Positions 57,428 through 64,000 of a stretch of DNA of 64,000 nt are shown one piece after another. How positions within the stretch are numbered: the stretch's first letter is position 1; each line of letters begins with the position of its first letter. The DNA is from Leptospirales bacterium. GTDB lineage: Bacteria > Spirochaetota > Leptospiria > Turneriellales > JAOUFE01. The DNA lies in the NCBI GenBank assembly GCA_040326155.1, contig JBEQLE010000008.1:13531-77530 (forward strand), in the 5' to 3' direction. A model generated the notes under the pieces. That model worked only from the letters and a program-made list of their open reading frames with translations. It searched no databases and was not told where the DNA came from. The translations under genes were made by a program, and so were the position numbers.

Positions 57428-58006
57428 TTAAACAATAATCGAGCGTAGCTCTTCGGTGAGTATTTCACCTGCCTTCTCATGATTCTGTTTCCACTGTTTT
57501 CGACCGCCCGGGCCAATAAGGTTTGTGCAGCATAGTATCGTAGCAAATGGAATATCCTTTTTATGACAAATATAGGAGATACCGCCCGCCTCCATATTTT
57601 CCCAGCTCTGGTTTACATCGGTGGAAAAACGATCGGCAGAAATGGTTACCCCGAATTCGGAAAAAACATGAATTTGTTTCAGGTTCGGCATCTTTTCAGG
57701 TGGTTGTGTCTGCCATTTTTGTTTTAAAAATTCAGGTATCTCTTCCATACGATTTTGGGGCATCGAAAAATCGTATGAAATGGCTGGCGTTAACATATCA
57801 ATAGATAAAAAAGCGCCGCCGCTTCCAGCAAGTATCACCTCATCCGGGGTTTCCTCTGCAAGCAAAGATTGAAAATTATACATTGATTCAAAAAGACCAA
57901 TTCCAATTTCATGAAAAGCATAACCGTCACTCTTCTCAATAAGTTCAACCAGACTCGGCGACTCTTTTCGAGAAGCCATCATTACCCATTTTTTTGCTTT
58001 ATCCAT
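57428..58006 (-). CDS. Nucleoside phosphorylase superfamily protein (MqnB/MTAN-like)
   Basis: GIG, ILAGSGG, ENMEAGG, TNLIGP...W. Confidence 0.72.
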   Translation of the reverse strand: MDKAKKWVMMASRKESPSLVELIEKSDGYAFHEIGIGLFESMYNFQSLLAEETPDEVILAGSGGAFLSIDMLTPAISYDFSMPQNRMEEIPEFLKQKWQTQPPEKMPNLKQIHVFSEFGVTISADRFSTDVNQSWENMEAGGISYICHKKDIPFATILCCTNLIGPGGRKQWKQNHEKAGEILTEELRSIIV

Positions 58007-58102
58007 ATTTCTTACCAGATACGTTCAATATACAAAACCAAGATAAAGAAAGCAAGCAGAAAAGTACATGAGAAGAGGCGTAAGAAATAAAGAAGAAATT
58101 TT

Positions 58103-58235
58103 GACAGGATTAACAGGATTTACATGTTAAGAAATGAATAATGAATTAGATTTCAAAGAACGAATTAAACAGCAAAGGTGTTATGAATTTAAGCTCTTTT
58201 TTATCTTAAATCATGTTAATCATGTAAATCCTGTC
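58103..58235. mobile_element. Short non-autonomous element bounded by inverted AATCCTGT-type repeats
   Basis: GACAGGATTAACAGGATTTACATGTTAAGA ... TCTTAAATCATGTTAATCATGTAAATCCTGTC; same repeat family as the vapBC flanks. Confidence 0.55.
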
Positions 58236-58279
58236 TATTTATCTTTCTCCTTCTTAGTTTCTTGCATTTTAATACTTTA

Positions 58280-59047
58280 TTAAAGTGCTTGATAGATCAT
58301 ATGTATGCCTATGAGCATTAGTAAAAATATAAACATCTCTTTAAGTCGAGACTCGTCAAGACGTGACGATAAAAAACCGCCGATTTGCCCGCCAAAGGCG
58401 ACACCGATAGCGCTATAACCGAAAGCATGCCACAGATTTATGCCAACATTTTCGGCAAAAAACAGGTGCGAAACTCCGCCCGAGAAGGCGACAACAAAAT
58501 TAAGTAATAAGGCAGTACCTACGGCATTTTGCATGGGAACTTTCAGTTTTCCCCGCATAATTGGAATTAGAATATCGCCAATTCCAATCGATAAAGCTCC
58601 TGAAATTCCTCCCATACCGACGCTGCTGACACACAGCCAAAAAGGGGCTTTTATTTTGGTGTCTTTCTCAAGTTGCACATGGTATCTTTCCGCTTGAAAA
58701 GCAAAGAATATAGCAATAAACATACTAAAGACGCCAATACCAAGTTTTAAAAAATTTCCATCTGCAACCCTCTGGCTTAAGTAAGCTCCCGCAAAAACAC
58801 CCGCAAAAATAAACAAAATGAGACCAAAAATTAAACGCCACAAGACACGCCTCTGGGCAACGTATTTAATTGCAGCCGAACCCATCCCGATAATTTGTAT
58901 GCCAAAAGAGAGTAAAATTGCGTCTTTTGGAGCCAGATCCATTACCAGAATGAGGTAGGGAACCCAGACAATTCCACCACCAATACCAAGCATGGAAGCA
59001 ATTGTTGCTATAACAATGCCAACCGGCAAAAGAGTCCATAACTCCAT
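58280..59047 (-). CDS. TauE/SafE-family exporter
   Basis: GIGGG..VP, SIGIG..LIP, AVGT; about 8 TM helices. Confidence 0.9.
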   Translation of the reverse strand: MELWTLLPVGIVIATIASMLGIGGGIVWVPYLILVMDLAPKDAILLSFGIQIIGMGSAAIKYVAQRRVLWRLIFGLILFIFAGVFAGAYLSQRVADGNFLKLGIGVFSMFIAIFFAFQAERYHVQLEKDTKIKAPFWLCVSSVGMGGISGALSIGIGDILIPIMRGKLKVPMQNAVGTALLLNFVVAFSGGVSHLFFAENVGINLWHAFGYSAIGVAFGGQIGGFLSSRLDESRLKEMFIFLLMLIGIHMIYQAL

Positions 59048-59053
59048 ATGCGT

Positions 59054-59857
59054 TTAATGCCCTTTTGAGGTATATCGAACAAGATCTCGATTGTCAATAT
59101 AACCGAGTTCTTTTAGAATCGCCCCAGGGAAACCTCCACGCTCTTTTTGAATTTCCATTGCTTCTACACATTGTTCTCTGGAAATAACACCTTTTTCTTC
59201 AAGATCGATAAGTAACTTTTTTGCACTTTCTGAAACGTCCCCGATTCCTGTTTGTTGCAGCTGGAACAAGGTAAAAGACTCTTTAATCATATTCATATTA
59301 TCGAGAGTATCTTGTAATATTCTTTTTTCTACATCGAAATGTCCCTCAATTTCAGGAAAGAGACTTAATTTTGCATCAAGATTGGTAATTGCTTCGTCAA
59401 AATCCGTGTACATATGTTTCATCTGGACAATAATTTCTTGTAAGTTCACCGTCAAATCGCTAATGAGGTTACCAAGATCGGAAAGTTCGTCTGCCGATTT
59501 TAGTTGAATATTCAGACTAAGGTCACCCTGGGCAATTTTTTTTGCCTGGTTTATCATATACTGAATGGGCGAAGCAATCTGCACGACATATAAAAACAAA
59601 ACAACCGCGCTGACTATAAGTATTACGATCACCATAATAATAAACTTATTCGTCAAATTCTCCATGAGTGTAAATATATGTTCTACCGGCTCTTCGCCAC
59701 TTTGAATCTTATTTACCTCTTCTATTACACCGGCATGGTATGATTCACTGTTAATTTCCCACAAAAGCTCTACCCCGAGAAAGACATTGGCAATGGCCAC
59801 CAACAAAAAGTAAAATACCATTTTTCTTTTTAATGAGGATCTTTTCTGGTTAATCAA
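59054..59857 (-). CDS. Membrane HAMP-domain protein with C-terminal MshEN/GSPII_N-like segment
   Basis: Two TM helices; PI......IAQGDL....DEL..L HAMP; GVISREQ..EA...Q.....G.IL.ELGYI. Confidence 0.75.
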   Translation of the reverse strand: MINQKRSSLKRKMVFYFLLVAIANVFLGVELLWEINSESYHAGVIEEVNKIQSGEEPVEHIFTLMENLTNKFIIMVIVILIVSAVVLFLYVVQIASPIQYMINQAKKIAQGDLSLNIQLKSADELSDLGNLISDLTVNLQEIIVQMKHMYTDFDEAITNLDAKLSLFPEIEGHFDVEKRILQDTLDNMNMIKESFTLFQLQQTGIGDVSESAKKLLIDLEEKGVISREQCVEAMEIQKERGGFPGAILKELGYIDNRDLVRYTSKGH

Positions 59858-60071
59858 TTGTAGCTCCTGAACTATGCCCTAAACAAAATAAGATAAAAAC
59901 TAATCTATAATTTCCACAAACCGATTCGTTTAATTGCTGTACACAGAAATTATTATTTATTAAAAAATAATTCATATTTTTCGTAAAATTCCATGATAAT
60001 AATTAAAGAAAGCTTCGCGATTGCGACTTGACCGTGTATCTTAAAAGCTGACATTGTATGAATACAAACCA

Positions 60072-63000
60072 ATGGCAACCAACAAACCAAATGACATAAG
60101 ACTTCGTGAAATTCCATATAACTATACATCGTATACGGATCGCGAAATAGTAATTCGTTTACTCGATGAAGAAAACTGGGAATTAATACAAAAGCTGCGC
60201 CAGGCTCGAAATACCGGTATCTCAGCCAGAATGATATTCGAAATTCTGGGAGACATCTGGATTATTTTACGAAATCCCTTTCTACAAGATGACCTCTTTA
60301 AAAATGATAAAAGGTGGAAAGCGCTGACAAAAGCCCTTCACCACAGACTTGACCAGGTCGTCGCCAGAACCAACGAAAACAAGTCAGCAATTGAACTTTC
60401 CGTAAAAGTGCGAGAGACCATTCACTGGTTTCGAAACTGGTTCCGCAGTCAAAAAGCTCTTCGCGTGAAAACATTTGCATCTTTAAAAAAAGTTACTCAT
60501 AAAGATAATATTCGATTCGACGGACTCTCCAGAGTCTCGCACTCCTCCGATGCAAGTGACTGGCGTGTTGAAAACCCATTTGTAGTTATTACTCCAGACA
60601 GTGAAAAAGAGGTATTGTATATAGTTCGCTCCTGTATAAAGCTGGGTCTTACCATAATACCGCGCGGTGGTGGAACAGGTTATACCGGCAGTTCTGTCCC
60701 GCTTTACGCAAACACAGCCATGATCAACACAGAAAAGTTGATTTCACTCGAAGGCATTAACGATTATACAAGTGAAGACGGCGAAACCCACAAGTGCGCC
60801 CATACCGGAGCCGGACTCGTTACAAAAAGAGTAAGTGAATTGGCTGAAGCAAATGGTCTTGTATTTGCCGTTGACCCTACTTCACAGACCGCCTCTACCA
60901 TTGGCGGGAATATTGCCATGAATGCAGGCGGAAAAAAGGCCGTTTTATGGGGAACCACCATCGACAACCTTCTCTCCTGGAAAATGGTAAACCCAATGGG
61001 AGAATGGATGCGAATAGACCGGTTAAAACACAACCGGGGGAAAATTCATGAGCAAAAACTCGTTACCTTTCGCATCGTCAAACTCAAAGACGACGGACAA
61101 ACAGAAACAGAAGAAGAGCAAATTCTGGAAATTGAAGGCAGTAGTTTCCGTAAAGCAGGTCTGGGAAAAGACGTTACCGATAAATTCTTAAAAGGACTGC
61201 CTGGGGTACAAAAAGAGGGATGCGACGGAATTATAACCTCCGCAGATTTCATTTTACATAAAAAAGCAGATTTCACCTTCACAATATGCCTTGAATTTTT
61301 CGGACACGACCTGAATAAATCGGTGCCGGCAATTGTCGAAGTCATCGGAGAAATTAAAAAAAGTTCCCATGTACAACTTGCCGGACTCGAACACCTGGAT
61401 GAAAGGTATGTAAAAGCAATTAAATACAATACAAAAGCCTCGCGAGGGGAACTTCCGAAAATGGTTCTTTTAGGCGATTTAATTAGTGATGACGAAAAAA
61501 TATTGCTAAAAGTTGTCGATAAAGTAAAAAAACTCGCCCAGGCCAGAGACGCCGAGTGCTTTATAGCGGTTACTGCTCAGGCAAGAAGAAATTTCTGGTT
61601 AGATCGATCACGAACTGCAGCCATTGCAGCTCACACAAATGCGTTTAAAATAAACGAAGATGTTGTCATTCCTCTCGATAAACTAATCGAATATAATGAA
61701 GGTATAGAATCCATAAATATCGAGTATTCCATAAAAAACAAACTCGAAATAGCAGGCTCACAGCTTGACTACCTGCAAGGACCAATGCCCGAAGTAAGTC
61801 AACTGCGCTCTTATGAAAGTTCCATAGAAAGAGATGAAATTATTAAAGCAAAAAAGGCCGAAGCGCAAAAAAAACTTAAAACTGTTCAAACCAGATGGAA
61901 AGAGATTCTAAAAAATCTGGAAAAACCAGCTGCTAAAAATTCAAAATTATTTAATACGGAAGAAAAAAAGTCCATTCAAAAAGGAGACCGTGTAAAAGAT
62001 CTTTTTTTACGACGGGATATAAGCGTCTCGTATAAAAACGAAATGCAAAAAATGCTTCAGGAAATTTTTAATGGCAGTGAGCTCGAAGCCGTTCGAAAAA
62101 AGTTTAACGAAATTCATATCGAAGCAAAAACAGGACGACTGTTTATCGCCACACATATGCATGCAGGCGATGGCAATGTTCATACCAACATACCGGTAAA
62201 CTCGCATAAAAACGATATGATGAAAGGCGCTCATGAAATTGTACACAGAGTCATGAAACTTGCAAAATCGTTAAACGGGGTTATTTCAGGCGAACATGGT
62301 ATCGGCCTGACAAAATTTCAATACCTGGACAAAGACATCAAAAGAAATTTCGCTGCTTATAAAAACCAGGTGGACCCTGACGGCCATTTTAACAAAGGAA
62401 AACTCTTACAAGGAGCAGACCTGCAAGGAGCCTACACGCCTTCGCTGAATCTTGTACAACAAGAAGCCATTATTATGGAGCATAGTGAACTCGGTGAGCT
62501 GAACAATGCAATAAAGCATTGCCTTAGATGCGGTAAGTGTAAACCTGTTTGTACAACCCATGTTCCACAGGCAAACCTGCTATATGCGCCTAGAAATAAA
62601 ATTTTAGGAACAGGTCTTCTCATAGAAGCTTTTATATACGAAGAGCAGACCAGAAGAGGGCTCTCTTTACAGCACTTTGACGAGTTTAACGATATTGCTG
62701 ACCATTGTACGGTTTGTCACAATTGCTATAAACCCTGCCCGGTAAATATCGATTTCGGGAATGTTTCCATTACAATGAGAAGTATACTGAAAAACAAAAA
62801 ATTAAAAAAGTCCAGCATGGTAGCCTCTCTCGCTCTCTCCTTTTTGAATATAAGTTCACCAGTCTGGATTAAAATATTAAGGCAATTCGTTTTACGTCCG
62901 GGTTTTATAGCGCAAAGAACCTTTCATAAAATGTTCCGTAATACCCAACTACTAGCCGGTGAAAAAATTCCAGCATCGACGACCGGTAAAATGAGTTTAC

Positions 63001-63926
63001 GCAGCCAGTTAACCAACACACTGAAAAAACCACTGCCGGTTCTTCCCAAAGAGACCTTGCGCGGCGCTCTGGGTATAGAAGATTCAAAATACATTTCCAT
63101 TATACGTGACCCTGAAAAAGTAAAAAACAACAGTGAAGCCGTATTTTTCTTTCTAGGGTGCGGTGTTGAAAGACTTTATACTAAAGAAGGCTTTGCAGCG
63201 CTTGCACTTTTATATGATCTCGGAATACAAATTATTTTACCCCCTGCTTATACCTGTTGTGGTGCGCCACAGGCCGCCCATGGAGACTTGAAACTCAGCA
63301 AACAATTGACTTCAGATAACCGGGTACTGTTTCACCGCGTCTCGAATACGTTAAATTATCTCGATATAAAAACCGTTTTAACCATCTGCGGAACCTGTAT
63401 CGACCAGCTGGGTACATACGAATTCGATAAAATTTTCCCAGGCTCCCGCTTAATCGATATTCATGAATATATACTTGAAAAAAAAGTTACCTTGAAAGGT
63501 AAACAAAAAGAGAAGTACATATACCATGACCCATGCCATACCCCGATTAAAAACCAGGAACCAATCAATGTAGCCAGAAAATTGGTTGGCAAAGATGTAA
63601 TTCTTTCTGATAGATGTTGCGCTGAGTCCGGTACCTTCGCGGTTGCCCGACCCGACATTGCAACACAGTCCCGGTTCAGCAAGCTGGGTGTACTACGACA
63701 AAACGTACAAGATGCCACCGGCAAAAAGAAGGCTTCAAACGGAGAGTTAAAACTGCTAACCACTTGCCCCTCTTGCCTGCAAGGCCTGGCCCGCTACGCC
63801 AACGACACAGGAGCCGAACCAGCATACCTCATAACCGAAGTTGTAAACCATCGTATGGGAAAAAACTGGCAAAAAGAGATGATCAAAAAGATCAAAACTA
63901 ACGGAATCGAGAAAATACTTTTATAA
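60072..63926 (+). CDS. Large FAD-linked oxidase / Fe-S (GlcD-GlcF-like) fusion, DUF3683-type
   Basis: REIPYNYTS N-terminus, PRGGGTG, HAGDGNVH, GEHGIG, CLRCGKC..C, CTVCHNC..CP, CCG/CCA motifs. Confidence 0.9.
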   Translation: MATNKPNDIRLREIPYNYTSYTDREIVIRLLDEENWELIQKLRQARNTGISARMIFEILGDIWIILRNPFLQDDLFKNDKRWKALTKALHHRLDQVVARTNENKSAIELSVKVRETIHWFRNWFRSQKALRVKTFASLKKVTHKDNIRFDGLSRVSHSSDASDWRVENPFVVITPDSEKEVLYIVRSCIKLGLTIIPRGGGTGYTGSSVPLYANTAMINTEKLISLEGINDYTSEDGETHKCAHTGAGLVTKRVSELAEANGLVFAVDPTSQTASTIGGNIAMNAGGKKAVLWGTTIDNLLSWKMVNPMGEWMRIDRLKHNRGKIHEQKLVTFRIVKLKDDGQTETEEEQILEIEGSSFRKAGLGKDVTDKFLKGLPGVQKEGCDGIITSADFILHKKADFTFTICLEFFGHDLNKSVPAIVEVIGEIKKSSHVQLAGLEHLDERYVKAIKYNTKASRGELPKMVLLGDLISDDEKILLKVVDKVKKLAQARDAECFIAVTAQARRNFWLDRSRTAAIAAHTNAFKINEDVVIPLDKLIEYNEGIESINIEYSIKNKLEIAGSQLDYLQGPMPEVSQLRSYESSIERDEIIKAKKAEAQKKLKTVQTRWKEILKNLEKPAAKNSKLFNTEEKKSIQKGDRVKDLFLRRDISVSYKNEMQKMLQEIFNGSELEAVRKKFNEIHIEAKTGRLFIATHMHAGDGNVHTNIPVNSHKNDMMKGAHEIVHRVMKLAKSLNGVISGEHGIGLTKFQYLDKDIKRNFAAYKNQVDPDGHFNKGKLLQGADLQGAYTPSLNLVQQEAIIMEHSELGELNNAIKHCLRCGKCKPVCTTHVPQANLLYAPRNKILGTGLLIEAFIYEEQTRRGLSLQHFDEFNDIADHCTVCHNCYKPCPVNIDFGNVSITMRSILKNKKLKKSSMVASLALSFLNISSPVWIKILRQFVLRPGFIAQRTFHKMFRNTQLLAGEKIPASTTGKMSLRSQLTNTLKKPLPVLPKETLRGALGIEDSKYISIIRDPEKVKNNSEAVFFFLGCGVERLYTKEGFAALALLYDLGIQIILPPAYTCCGAPQAAHGDLKLSKQLTSDNRVLFHRVSNTLNYLDIKTVLTICGTCIDQLGTYEFDKIFPGSRLIDIHEYILEKKVTLKGKQKEKYIYHDPCHTPIKNQEPINVARKLVGKDVILSDRCCAESGTFAVARPDIATQSRFSKLGVLRQNVQDATGKKKASNGELKLLTTCPSCLQGLARYANDTGAEPAYLITEVVNHRMGKNWQKEMIKKIKTNGIEKILL

Positions 63927-63938
63927 ACGAAAATTAAA

Positions 63939-63992
63939 AGGTGGGCAAGCCTGCCCCCTCGGCCAAGCCATGGTCTCGGCCTACCCCCGACG
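63939..63992 (-). repeat. Two-hairpin intergenic repeat, copy D
   Basis: Reverse complement reads CGTCGGGGGTAG-[GCCGAG ACCATGG CTTGGC]-CGAGGGGGCAGGCTTGCCCACC. Confidence 0.75.
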
Positions 63993-64000
63993 GTTTATAG

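Noticed and set aside
8252..63763. Many short antisense or off-frame ORFs nested in long genes (for example 27140..27727, 45570..46256, 56401..56964)
   Set aside because: They are shadow ORFs of well-supported genes, with no motifs of their own.

Overview
Bacterial chromosomal window, AT-rich (roughly 38-40% GC by eye). The gene content suggests a free-living Spirochaetota/Leptospirales-like organism (inference): 7TM-DISM kinase, adenylate cyclase-FecR pair, lipoproteins and a tandem-RHH protein. Housekeeping genes are metH, priA, hemN, valS, fmt, gatC and mlaEFD. They are mixed with signalling genes (two-component system, heme-c HD-GYP, adenylate cyclase, PAS-MCP) and a small accessory patch beside valS (KAP-NTPase remnant, RelE/HTH and VapBC toxin-antitoxin pairs). 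No rRNA, tRNA, CRISPR or intact transposase/integrase was seen. Most notable observations: (1) a TPP enzyme fused to CDGSH, 4Fe-4S, CDGSH and Rieske modules; (2) tandem Asp-box propeller lipoproteins with a constant framework and hypervariable loops, duplicated together with their promoter motif and a response-regulator remnant; (3) a four-copy intergenic two-hairpin repeat with conserved junctions and swapped stems, two copies bracketing metH; (4) a vapBC cassette between 65-bp direct repeats that recur as an inverted pair elsewhere; (5) a soluble MotA-like/FliG-C-like gene pair; (6) a histidine-free globin-fold protein near a perfect Per-box-like palindrome and hemN. All family assignments come from motif recognition by eye; no database searches were run.
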